Below, one piece after another: positions 49,046-58,158 of a stretch of DNA of 64,000 nucleotides (position 1 is the stretch's first letter; the number at the start of each line of letters is the position of its first letter). The notes below the pieces were generated by a model. The model was not told the DNA's origin and made no database searches. It was given only the letters and a program-made list of their open reading frames with translations. This DNA is from Turneriella sp. Its GTDB lineage: Bacteria; Spirochaetota; Leptospiria; Turneriellales; Turneriellaceae. The position numbers and the translations under genes are program-made. Location: the NCBI GenBank assembly GCA_965279515.1, contig CBDIID010000003.1, positions 2,464,001 to 2,528,000 of the forward strand, written 5' to 3'.

Positions 49046-49505
49046 AGGTTAAACCAATAATCGCGTTACCCGAACAGCCTTCCCAGGTGAACGGAATGAC
49101 GAGCGTAGGCTCAGCCAGCAAGAACTTGAACTCTTCAGGCACTCCGACAAAAACGCTCGGCACTGAAATATCAAAACCGCTGCCGAAATGCACGCGCGCA
49201 TTACCGGCAATCGTATTGGCCATTTCGCCAATCATCGGGATAATATCATCTTCAGCGGGGGTCTGTGTCTCGAGCACAATCGTCACCAGCTTCTCGACAA
49301 GTTTTTTTTCGCAGGTGATAACCAGTCCGCCCTTGTGGCTGCCGGTGATACCGATGTGACCCGTATAATCAAAGAGCGGCTGCCGCGTCGCTTTCATATC
49401 AAGATTATACGGAACACCAAACTCGGGCTTCACCGCTTTGATGCTGAGAAAATACCGCTCGATACATTCGAGCAGCCCCTGAATGTCTTCGGTTTTGATT
49501 TTCAT
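49044..49505 (-). CDS. cheX: Chemotaxis phosphatase CheX
   Basis: GEMANTIAGNA (E-x-x-N), ISVPS. Confidence 0.9.
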   Translation of the reverse strand: MKIKTEDIQGLLECIERYFLSIKAVKPEFGVPYNLDMKATRQPLFDYTGHIGITGSHKGGLVITCEKKLVEKLVTIVLETQTPAEDDIIPMIGEMANTIAGNARVHFGSGFDISVPSVFVGVPEEFKFLLAEPTLVIPFTWEGCSGNAIIGLT

Positions 49506-49514
49506 AAGATTTCA

Positions 49515-49568
49515 GTCCGCGACAAAGAGGGCATCCATGCCCGTCGCAGACTAAGCGCCTCCATGCGC
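49515..49568 (-). repeat. GGA-loop structured intergenic element, copy 3
   Basis: minus strand: gcgc-ATGGAG-gcgc tta gtctgcgac gggc-ATGGAT-gccc tcttt gtcgcggac. Confidence 0.75.
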
Positions 49569-49569
49569 A

Positions 49570-50016
49570 TTAATCAATCCCCACGACGAGGAAAGCCTGG
49601 TGGCCTTTCCAGTTGATCGGTAATACTACGACGGGTGTTCTAAGAATGATACGGAAATTGTTCGGCTTGCCCTTAAAAATTGTCGGCACCGAGATATTGA
49701 ATTCTGCACCAAAGGAAGTGCGCGCGTTACCGGCAATGGTGTTTGCGATCTCGCCGATCATATCAAAAACCGATTGGTCGTCGACTTCTTCCGTCAGAAG
49801 AATCTTGCGCGTGATTTCTTCGAGCATACCGCGCGAACAAGTGATGTAAAGACCGCCCTTACGGCTGCCTGATATACCTATGTGACCTGAATAATCGAGA
49901 ACGATCTGCTCTGCACCCTTTGTGTAAGGGATATCGAGTTCGGCCTTACTGCCGGTAACTTCTTCAAAATAACTGATCGTTCCGCGGATGAATACCTGAA
50001 TTTCTTCTTCTTTCAT
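49570..50016 (-). CDS. cheX: Chemotaxis phosphatase CheX (paralog)
   Basis: GEIANTIAGNA, ISVPT. Confidence 0.9.
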   Translation of the reverse strand: MKEEEIQVFIRGTISYFEEVTGSKAELDIPYTKGAEQIVLDYSGHIGISGSRKGGLYITCSRGMLEEITRKILLTEEVDDQSVFDMIGEIANTIAGNARTSFGAEFNISVPTIFKGKPNNFRIILRTPVVVLPINWKGHQAFLVVGID

Positions 50017-50062
50017 GATCGGCTCCGGGTTCCCATCTTGGTTTAGATAGCCTCAATAAGCG

Positions 50063-50422
50063 TTAATCCGCAACGACCTGATCAAATGCTTCTTTAATAC
50101 TTTCCGGGGTAAAGGGTTTGCCGAGGAAACTGCGCGCGCCTTTTTTCAACGCCTCGAGCGCTGTGGCTTCGTCTTTGAGCGCCGAAACCACCATCACGCG
50201 GATATCCGGCTTGATTTTAAGAAGTTCTTCGAGGCACTGCAGGCCATCCATCTCGGGCATGGTGATGTCGAGCGTGACCACATCGGGCATCGCTGTCTTG
50301 CACATTTCGACCGCTTGCTTGCCATCGGCAGCGGTGCCGACGATCTCAACGTTAGCGCTGGCGAGATATTTCTCGATAGCCTTGCGCATAATACTCGAGT
50401 CGTCCACAATCATCAGCTTCAT
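50063..50422 (-). CDS. cheY: CheY-like single-domain response regulator
   Basis: IVDDS, TLDITMPEMDG, VSA, KPF. Confidence 0.88.
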   Translation of the reverse strand: MKLMIVDDSSIMRKAIEKYLASANVEIVGTAADGKQAVEMCKTAMPDVVTLDITMPEMDGLQCLEELLKIKPDIRVMVVSALKDEATALEALKKGARSFLGKPFTPESIKEAFDQVVAD

Positions 50423-50590
50423 AGGCTTACCTTGAGTCTCTGACAACGGCGTCACCCGTTTTTCCGGTTCAGTTTATACGAGTTAGTGAACTTTTGTGCG
50501 CAAGCCGGGCGACATAATGAATCTTCCGACCGCATGGTTGCGAAAGCACTGAGGTTCTTGCCATGGCACCCTTTACCGTGAAGCTGGCTC

Positions 50591-51169
50591 ATGGCAACCG
50601 CAAGCGAATTACAGAATTTTTTCGGGCCCCTTTTTCCGCTGATCGGTAAATGGGAAGGCGACAAGGGAATGGATGTATCACCCGAAAAAGACGGTGAAGA
50701 AATGTCTCCCTATTTTGAGACCATAACCATCGAGCCTGTCGGTGACGCCACCAATGCCGGAGAGCAAACGCTTGTTGTTCTCGCCTACAAACAAGTTGTC
50801 AGCCGCAAGTCCAACAACCAGGTTTTCCATCACCAAACCGGGTACTGGTATTTTGAGAAAAAAACCGGAGAAATTTTGTATTCGCTGACGATTCCCCGCG
50901 CTGTCTCTGTGCTTGCGAAAGGTAAAGGCGTTCTGAGCGGCGGCAAGATGGAATACAATGTCAAAGCCGATGCTTCCGATAAAAACCACGGCATCATTGA
51001 GTCTGCATTCATGGCAGAGAAAGCCTCAACGCGCAGTTTCTCCATGCAGGTTGTGGTCGAAGGCGACGCTTTGCGCTATAAAATGAATACCGGCCTGCAT
51101 ATCTACGGGCGTGATTTTGACCACAGCGACGAAAACTCGCTGACGCGCAAAGAGCTCGCACACATATAA
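50591..51169 (+). CDS. Heme-binding beta-barrel (nitrobindin/DUF1794) protein
   Basis: GPL..LIG.WEGDKG.D, FHHQTGYW, FDHSDEN. Confidence 0.8.
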   Translation: MATASELQNFFGPLFPLIGKWEGDKGMDVSPEKDGEEMSPYFETITIEPVGDATNAGEQTLVVLAYKQVVSRKSNNQVFHHQTGYWYFEKKTGEILYSLTIPRAVSVLAKGKGVLSGGKMEYNVKADASDKNHGIIESAFMAEKASTRSFSMQVVVEGDALRYKMNTGLHIYGRDFDHSDENSLTRKELAHI

Positions 51170-51348
51170 ATACACGGTATTTTTCGTCACACCGCCCCTG
51201 ATTTAGTACATTCCGACAGAAGCCGCCAAAGCTATGAATTTTGGTTTTATCTGGGGAGCGGTCCTCATCTAATGCAAAAACTCATGGTCCGGAGGGTTCG
51301 CTGCGCGTAGATTTTTTCTGCGTGCGTAATAAACTATCCGAGGTAAAA

Positions 51349-51963
51349 ATGAAGACAATTTCTAAATTATTTGTATTGGCAGCTGCGGGCCTGGTTCTCG
51401 CTGCCTGCGAAAAGCCCCCTGTAGCTCAAAAAGCCGAAGCCGTATCAACAGCGCCTGTTGCAAAAGCAGAAGGTAAAGAGTACCAGATCGACGCGACTAA
51501 AAGCTCAGTTCTGTGGGTCGGCACCAAAAAAATCGGCAAGCACAACGGCACCATCGCCCTGAAATCGGGTTCTGTGTTCGTTAAAGACGGAGCGATCGTT
51601 GCGGGTAAATTCGTCACCGACATGAAAACACTCGACGACAAAGACATGACGGGCGAAAACCACGACAAACTCGTAAAACACCTCAAAAGCCCTGACTTTT
51701 TCGACGTTGAACAATTCCCCGAAGGCGTTTTCGAAATTACCAGCGTATCAGGCAAGACCATCAACGGTAACCTGACACTCAAAGGTAAACCTTACGGCAT
51801 CAGCTTTGACGCAGATGTGGTATTCGAAAAAGACGCACCGAAAAGCGCGAAGACAACATTCAATATCGATCGTACAAAGTGGGGTATTGTTTATCCGGGT
51901 ATGCCAGACAACCTGATCAACGATACAATCAACCTGACACTCGATCTCAAAATCAAGAAATAA
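51349..51963 (+). CDS. YceI family lipoprotein
   Basis: LAAC lipobox; W.G.K..G.H.G, HLKSPDFFDV..FP, IDRTKWG. Confidence 0.92.
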   Translation: MKTISKLFVLAAAGLVLAACEKPPVAQKAEAVSTAPVAKAEGKEYQIDATKSSVLWVGTKKIGKHNGTIALKSGSVFVKDGAIVAGKFVTDMKTLDDKDMTGENHDKLVKHLKSPDFFDVEQFPEGVFEITSVSGKTINGNLTLKGKPYGISFDADVVFEKDAPKSAKTTFNIDRTKWGIVYPGMPDNLINDTINLTLDLKIKK

Positions 51964-51985
51964 TCTTCCCTAAGGTTATTTGACG

Positions 51986-52009
51986 AGGGCGGGTAACCGC
52001 CCTTTTTTT
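51986..52009 (+). terminator. Rho-independent terminator
   Basis: agggcgg-gtaa-ccgccct followed by a T-run. Confidence 0.85.
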
Positions 52010-52014
52010 ATGCC

Positions 52015-53085
52015 TTAACGAACCAGAAGCTCGTCGAGTGAAAAGATTTCGATTTCCTGCATCTTGCCGCGCACACCCGAATGTTCGACTTTGCGGCATT
52101 TGATGAGATTACCCAATCTGTGGCGCGTATTGCCGTCGATGAGGATATCCACCTTGGCTTCTTTGGTCATCGATTCAAGGCGGCTCGCCGTATTCACGGG
52201 GTCGCCTAACACCGTGTATTCCATGCGCCGCACCGAACCGATATTGCCGGCAAAAACCTTACCCGTAGCAATGCCCATGCCGACGCGAATCGGCTCGATG
52301 ATGTAGTCAGGCCGAACGTCATTGAATGTGGCGAGATGATTGCGAATCTGCAGCGCACATTTGGCCGCGTTCAGCACATCGTTTTCCGTCGGAACCGGGC
52401 AACCGAATGTAGACATGATACCGTCGCCCAGCATCTTGTTCACAGAGCCTTTATTCCCGTAGACAAGATCCATGATGTCGGTGAAAAATTCGCTGAGGAA
52501 TTCGGCAAAAATCTGCGGCTCGAGATTCTCTGCGATCGTTGTCGAGCGGCGTACGTCGAAGAACATAATCGTCGCTTCCTGGTGGCGGCCGCTGAGACTG
52601 TTGGCGTGCTCGTCCTGTAAAATACCTTCGACGATATCTTCGGAAAAATATTTTGTCAAAAGCTTGCGGTCGTTCTTTAGCCGCTGTTTCATCCAGGTCA
52701 GCTCGAGTTTGGCACGTTTGAGTTCGAGCAGATTGGTCAGGCGGTGCGACAGCTCGGTTTTCCCCTGGTCGGTACGCACGACATCGTCGTACTGCGATGC
52801 GCTTGCCCCAGCCGATGCGCTGCTGAGCAATACAAAACTTGCCCCGAACATGTGGCTTGCTTTTTTCAGCTCTTCAAGGCTATCGACCTTCGTTACATAT
52901 TCAGACGAAACGAAAACAAAATCGGGCTTGAGCTCATTCGCTTTCTGCACAGCGGCAACGATGTCGTTCACCGTCGTCAGTTCGCAACCCGTATCGGGCA
53001 AAAGCGGCTGAATGAGATCGCGCTCGTGTTTCTCTCCTTCGACAAGAAGAATTTTGGTAATCTGCGATTCGAGTTCTTCGCTCAT
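52015..53085 (-). CDS. Degenerate receiver + class III adenylate/guanylate cyclase
   Basis: FDVRRST, KMLGDG, EYTVLGDPVNTASRLE; REC lacks acceptor Asp (FVFVSSE). Confidence 0.92.
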   Translation of the reverse strand: MSEELESQITKILLVEGEKHERDLIQPLLPDTGCELTTVNDIVAAVQKANELKPDFVFVSSEYVTKVDSLEELKKASHMFGASFVLLSSASAGASASQYDDVVRTDQGKTELSHRLTNLLELKRAKLELTWMKQRLKNDRKLLTKYFSEDIVEGILQDEHANSLSGRHQEATIMFFDVRRSTTIAENLEPQIFAEFLSEFFTDIMDLVYGNKGSVNKMLGDGIMSTFGCPVPTENDVLNAAKCALQIRNHLATFNDVRPDYIIEPIRVGMGIATGKVFAGNIGSVRRMEYTVLGDPVNTASRLESMTKEAKVDILIDGNTRHRLGNLIKCRKVEHSGVRGKMQEIEIFSLDELLVR

Positions 53086-55667
53086 TTTTTAGCCGCCCCA
53101 TCCGGTAGGAATATTTTAAATTCGCAGAACTTGCCCGCTTCGAAGCTGAGCTCGACCTTTCCGCCGAGTGAGTGCACCTTTTCTTTTATGATGTCCATGC
53201 CGATACCGCGGCCCGCGTTGAGCGTGGTCTGCTCGGCGGTGCTGATGCCCGGGATAAAAATCACACCAGCCACCGTGCCTGCATCCCACTTCGCGACTTC
53301 TTCGGCGGTATATTTGCCGGACTCAATCGCTTTGCGCCGCAGTTTATCGATCTGCAGGCCGCGTCCGTCGTCACGGAAAATCAGTTCGATGCCCGATGCA
53401 GCTTTTCTTGTCGCGAGCTGTATCTTACCTGTCTCGTTCTTGCCGGCCTTTTTCCTGTCTTCGGGGGATTCGAGCCCATGCGACAGGGAATTCCGCGTCA
53501 ATTGAATGAGAATATCCTTCATGAGTTTGCGGTGAGCCGCAGGCACCATGTCAGGATCAAAATCATCGAAGTTGAGTTCGGCCTTCTTGTTCATCTCTGC
53601 GGCGAGCTTCTGCACGTTCGACTCGACTGCGCGCACGAGTAAGTCGACGTTCTTCTTCTCACCGGAGAATGTTGCCTGGAACTGTGTGATACGCTGGATC
53701 AGGGATTTCACCTCGCGCAGTGTCTCTATCATTTCGTTGAGCTTGAGGACCAGCGGCAAGAAGTCCTGACCGCTCAGGTCGGTCTTCTGTTGCAGCTCGC
53801 CGACCTTTTCTTCGTACTCATGCGCTTTACCGGCGAAGAATTTCAGATTGAGAATCGACGCATTGCCCTTGATGGTGTGCATCGCGCGGTAGATGATCGC
53901 GAGTTTTTCCTTGAGTGGCAGGTTTTGGCCGCCCGGCTTTAAGGTCTCGTTGATGAGAGTGATATCCTCTTCCATGTCGGAGATAAACTCGCTCAGCATA
54001 CGCGGTTCAACATGCAGAATGCCGAACAGCATTTCCATCTGGCCGGCGTTCTTTTCTTCGGTCTCTTTCAGTTTTCTGTCAAGCAACACTTGTTTTGTCA
54101 CATCGGTCACGGTCGACATCAGGTGTTTGATGGCACCCTCAGCCATAATCCGCTGGAATTTAAACTGCAGGAATTTTTGTTTAGCGCCGCCCGAACCCTC
54201 GAAGTTAATTTCTGTCTCGCGGAGCGGGTTAATATTATTCATCACCGCTTCTTTGATTTCAGGCTTAAACATGAGCTCGAGATAATCAGTGGTCTTCTTC
54301 ATGGAAGATTCGGGCAGGCCCTTTTTCAGAACCGCGAGAATATCTTTATTCCCGAGCCCCTGGCTTGCAAACATATCTTCCAGCGCCTTCGAATACTGGC
54401 TGCCGATCTTATAGGAATTCCCGTCTTTTTGAACCAGAAAGAGCCCCTGGCCGACAGTATTCATAATCCTGTCGGTTTCTTCTTTTGCCGTGGTGAGAGC
54501 TCCGTTTGCCTGGGATAATTCCGTTGTACGCTCTGCGACCTTCACTTCGAGATTTTCTGCGTAATCTTTGAGCCCCTTCTGGGCATCCCTGAATGCAATC
54601 CGCAACGAGTCGAACATATCAGAAAGAAAACCAATCTCATCTTTTGAAGTTGAAATAATCTGGTGCTCAAGGTTGCCCTGTTTTACCTGTTCGACATCTT
54701 TGACGAGGTGGTTTACCGATCGCGTGAGACCACGCGAGAAAAATACCGCCATGACAAAGGCAAAAATGATACCGCCAATACCGGTAACAATAATGATAAA
54801 TTCGATGCGATAGAGCAGCGCCAGCTGTTTATCTTTAGAAGAGGCGATGATGAATCCCGCCTCGGGTACATTCTCGATGCCCCCCGCGATAGCGAGGTAC
54901 GATTCGCCGCCAACACTCAGCGAAAAAGTCTGTGAATGTTTGCTTTTACCTTCGCCGGTTTCGTTTTGAATTTTATCCTTCACTGTCTGTAAGATCTTCA
55001 CGACATCTGGCGCGAGTTCTTTCGAGAAAGCAGATGCGACGATTTTATCTTTGCTGAAAAAAGTAATGCGGTTACCGCTGAGCTCCTCGATTTTATAGGC
55101 GAACTTATCGCCGACTTCGTTACCCGCGAGCAGAACGGCGTCAGACCCGAGAAGCGGCAATGCCACGAGTTGATACAGTTTTCCATCCTCGTTCCACATG
55201 CCGAGGTAACGGCCATTTTCGACGGTCTTTTGCAGTAGCCCCTGGTACTGGCTGGGTACGGTCTTGCCGAGATTTTCAGGATGGATGCTGTCTATAAGCA
55301 CACGGCCAGAAAAGCTGACTGCCATTAGAAAATCGTATTCCGTGAGTTTTTTGAACCCCGCGGCGATCTTTGCGGAAGTCGCCGGAGCCGCTTTTAGATC
55401 TCGCTGGAAATTCGGGTTTTGAATGAAAAATTGCGTACGCGCGAGTACCTGTTCGAGTTTCGCGTCGTTGAGCTCTATATACGCCGTGGCAGCCGCATCG
55501 AGTTGGGTGAGAATATTCTTATTAACCTGACTGCGCACACCCTGGTCGATGAACAGCAGGCTGACCGCAGACAGAATGAGGACGATCGTAACGATCGCGA
55601 CAAGAATCTTACGCCGAAGGCCTGCCTGAGACAGGCCCTCGATGAGCGCTCTAATATTCTTTGTCAT
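53082..55667 (-). CDS. Membrane sensor kinase: periplasmic (Cache-like)-HAMP-Hpt-CheA-type HATPase, no CheW domain
   Basis: 2 TM, DEIGFL HAMP, MHTIKGNA Hpt, RNSLSHGLE, DDGRG, PGISTA, AGRGIGMD. Confidence 0.88.
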   Translation of the reverse strand: MTKNIRALIEGLSQAGLRRKILVAIVTIVLILSAVSLLFIDQGVRSQVNKNILTQLDAAATAYIELNDAKLEQVLARTQFFIQNPNFQRDLKAAPATSAKIAAGFKKLTEYDFLMAVSFSGRVLIDSIHPENLGKTVPSQYQGLLQKTVENGRYLGMWNEDGKLYQLVALPLLGSDAVLLAGNEVGDKFAYKIEELSGNRITFFSKDKIVASAFSKELAPDVVKILQTVKDKIQNETGEGKSKHSQTFSLSVGGESYLAIAGGIENVPEAGFIIASSKDKQLALLYRIEFIIIVTGIGGIIFAFVMAVFFSRGLTRSVNHLVKDVEQVKQGNLEHQIISTSKDEIGFLSDMFDSLRIAFRDAQKGLKDYAENLEVKVAERTTELSQANGALTTAKEETDRIMNTVGQGLFLVQKDGNSYKIGSQYSKALEDMFASQGLGNKDILAVLKKGLPESSMKKTTDYLELMFKPEIKEAVMNNINPLRETEINFEGSGGAKQKFLQFKFQRIMAEGAIKHLMSTVTDVTKQVLLDRKLKETEEKNAGQMEMLFGILHVEPRMLSEFISDMEEDITLINETLKPGGQNLPLKEKLAIIYRAMHTIKGNASILNLKFFAGKAHEYEEKVGELQQKTDLSGQDFLPLVLKLNEMIETLREVKSLIQRITQFQATFSGEKKNVDLLVRAVESNVQKLAAEMNKKAELNFDDFDPDMVPAAHRKLMKDILIQLTRNSLSHGLESPEDRKKAGKNETGKIQLATRKAASGIELIFRDDGRGLQIDKLRRKAIESGKYTAEEVAKWDAGTVAGVIFIPGISTAEQTTLNAGRGIGMDIIKEKVHSLGGKVELSFEAGKFCEFKIFLPDGAAKK

Positions 55668-56319
55668 ATGCCTTGCCGTATTTGTTTTTATGCTTAATAC
55701 TGAAGACGCTTTCCTCCACCTCAAAATTTATGTTAATTGTTTTGCCGTCGACAACCGCGATACCGCGCTTTTCTGAAGCGCCCGTCGGTTGCCATGCAAC
55801 GAACGTATATTTACCTGCGGGAATGTTGCTGATCCGGAACTTGCCATCCTTACCGGTTTTGGCGAAGTACGGGTTCGGCACTACAAGAACATCCGCCACC
55901 ATGTTGGAGTGGATGTTGCAGTAGACGCGCACCGCGCCCGATTTGGCAAAGCGCACGTTCTTAGACTTGCCGGTGCCATAATAATCGAGATCAAACTTAT
56001 ATTCGGGAGTCGGTGAGAAAACATTATGGTTGAACGGGTCATCGTTGGGAAACTCGACCACACCGCCCATGACAATCGGCAGCACCCGTGGTGAGAACTG
56101 TTTACCTTTCTGTACAATCTGCGCCTTACCGTTCGGGTTCGGTTGCTGCAGCTCTTCGAGGAAGATAACGACATTCGATGAATCACCTTTCGCACCTTCT
56201 TTACCGAAGAGGCCCTTCGATTTAACTGTAACCTGACCTTCGATATTACCGCCGGCATAGACCGTGCCGCACAGCGCCAGGGCGCATACGGTGATGAGTT
56301 TCTTATTTATCTGGAACAT
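55651..56319 (-). CDS. Secreted cupredoxin + carboxypeptidase-regulatory-like domain protein
   Basis: FPNDDPFNHNVFS and YCNIHSNM (type-1 Cu His/Cys/His/Met). Confidence 0.85.
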   Translation of the reverse strand: MFQINKKLITVCALALCGTVYAGGNIEGQVTVKSKGLFGKEGAKGDSSNVVIFLEELQQPNPNGKAQIVQKGKQFSPRVLPIVMGGVVEFPNDDPFNHNVFSPTPEYKFDLDYYGTGKSKNVRFAKSGAVRVYCNIHSNMVADVLVVPNPYFAKTGKDGKFRISNIPAGKYTFVAWQPTGASEKRGIAVVDGKTININFEVEESVFSIKHKNKYGKAYDKEY

Positions 56320-56457
56320 TTCCCCTCCGGAATTGAATAATAGGACACGTCACCCGGACGCCTTCCGGGTTACAATCTTTTTTTGTGGAAAAATAGGCTG
56401 TTTTAGCTATACCAACGAAAACATTTACGCCCGGCCATGGCTTTAGAGCGGTGACCC

Positions 56458-58155
56458 ATGATCCAAAGCAACTACTTCACCGATAATACTGACCTGCAGC
56501 AACAGTTCCATGAAATCGTCGACTGGAATGAAATCATCGCCACTTACGAAAACGGTTTTGCCGACGCGGCCGAATTCCAGAAAAGTAAAAATCCGCGCCT
56601 CGAAATGGCGCCGTCGTCGAATGAAGAGGCCCTGCAATATTACAAAGAGATTCTGCATTCGGCGGGCGAGATTGCCGGCAAGCATGTCTCGCAGGCCGCG
56701 CGCGACATCGACCGCGAGGGTTTAAGATTTGAAAACGGCAATGTCACACATCCACAGAAGATGATGGATGTGATTAACAAATACCGCGAAGCGGGATTAC
56801 CCCCGATCGCGTTTCGGCGCCAGTACGGCGGCCTGGGTTTGCCCAGCGTCATCAAGGCATTGGCTTCCGAACTCATGTATCGCGGCGACACTTCCACAAC
56901 GATTGCCATGGGCAGCATGGGTCTCGCCGGCATTCTCGAAAAACACGCCTCCGAAGAAGCCAAACAAAAGTGGATTCCTAAACTCATCAGTGAAAATTAC
57001 TGCGTGGCGATGGGACTCTCCGAACCCGACTTTGGCTCCGACCTGCCCTCTGTTCGCACAAAGGCCGTGAAACGCGACGGCAAATGGTATCTCACGGGCA
57101 CCAAACGTTTTCAAACCGTTGCCTGCGGCCTCAACGGCGGCCCGGCGATCATGCTCGCGCTCGCGCGCACCGGCGAAGGTTCGGGCGGCGCACGGGGGTT
57201 ATCCTTCTTTATAGTGGAACGCAAAGACTACAAGATCACCGGCATCGAAAAAAAGCTGGGATTAAAAGCTTCGGCAACCTGTGAAGTCGCGCTCGAAGAC
57301 TCGCCGGGCGAACTTGTGGGCCAGGAAGGTTATGGCCTCGTGCGTTATGTCATCGGCATGCTGAACGGCGCGCGCATGGGCATCGCCGCGCAGGGTGTCG
57401 GCATCTCCACAGGCGCGTACATGGAAGCGAAAAAGTACGCCTCTGAACGCATCCAGTTCGGCAAACCCATCGACCAGATTCCCGCCGTGGCGCGCATGCT
57501 GTCGCGTATGGAACGCGAGATTGCGGCGATGCGTTGCCTCATGATCGAGGGTGCCTCGATCGTCGACCGCTACCAGTGCCCCGAGTTCAGCGGCAAGGTC
57601 AGCGAAGACTCGAAATTCTGGGAAAAAATCGCCAACACGCTGACTCCCATTTCGAAGTATTATAATTCCGAAATGTGCAATGAGCTCGTCGACGATGCGC
57701 TGCAGGTATTCGGTGGTTCGGGTTATACCGAAGACTATGACCTCGCCCGCCTCTACCGCGACGCACGCATCACGAACATCTATGACGGCACGACGCAGAT
57801 CCAGGTCAATGCAGCGATAGGCGGAGTGATCGCCGGCATGGCGCCCCATGGCCAGTGGCGGCAATACCTCGATTCATTGACAGAGCTTGTCGGCAAAAAT
57901 GAAACCATCGCTGAGATTCGTGCCCGGTTTGAAGACGTGGTAGAAGCGTGGCGCAAGTTCGAGGCGCGTGAAGTTAAAGAGGGCATGTCATTCGAAGTCG
58001 TCGAGTCCGCGGCGCGGCTAGTCAACAGCCTGCTACTCGAAAAGGCTGCGCTCAGGGCAAAAAATCCCGAAGCGCGCAAGAAACTCAACCGCGAGTACCA
58101 TATCGACTCGCTGGCGATTGTGACGGGAAATGGGATCAGGCTGAGGGCGGCGTAG
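56458..58155 (+). CDS. Acyl-CoA dehydrogenase
   Basis: LSEPDFGSD, KLG.KASATC, RIQFGKPI, ALQVFGGSGY, IYDGTTQIQ. Confidence 0.93.
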   Translation: MIQSNYFTDNTDLQQQFHEIVDWNEIIATYENGFADAAEFQKSKNPRLEMAPSSNEEALQYYKEILHSAGEIAGKHVSQAARDIDREGLRFENGNVTHPQKMMDVINKYREAGLPPIAFRRQYGGLGLPSVIKALASELMYRGDTSTTIAMGSMGLAGILEKHASEEAKQKWIPKLISENYCVAMGLSEPDFGSDLPSVRTKAVKRDGKWYLTGTKRFQTVACGLNGGPAIMLALARTGEGSGGARGLSFFIVERKDYKITGIEKKLGLKASATCEVALEDSPGELVGQEGYGLVRYVIGMLNGARMGIAAQGVGISTGAYMEAKKYASERIQFGKPIDQIPAVARMLSRMEREIAAMRCLMIEGASIVDRYQCPEFSGKVSEDSKFWEKIANTLTPISKYYNSEMCNELVDDALQVFGGSGYTEDYDLARLYRDARITNIYDGTTQIQVNAAIGGVIAGMAPHGQWRQYLDSLTELVGKNETIAEIRARFEDVVEAWRKFEAREVKEGMSFEVVESAARLVNSLLLEKAALRAKNPEARKKLNREYHIDSLAIVTGNGIRLRAA

Positions 58156-58158
58156 CAA

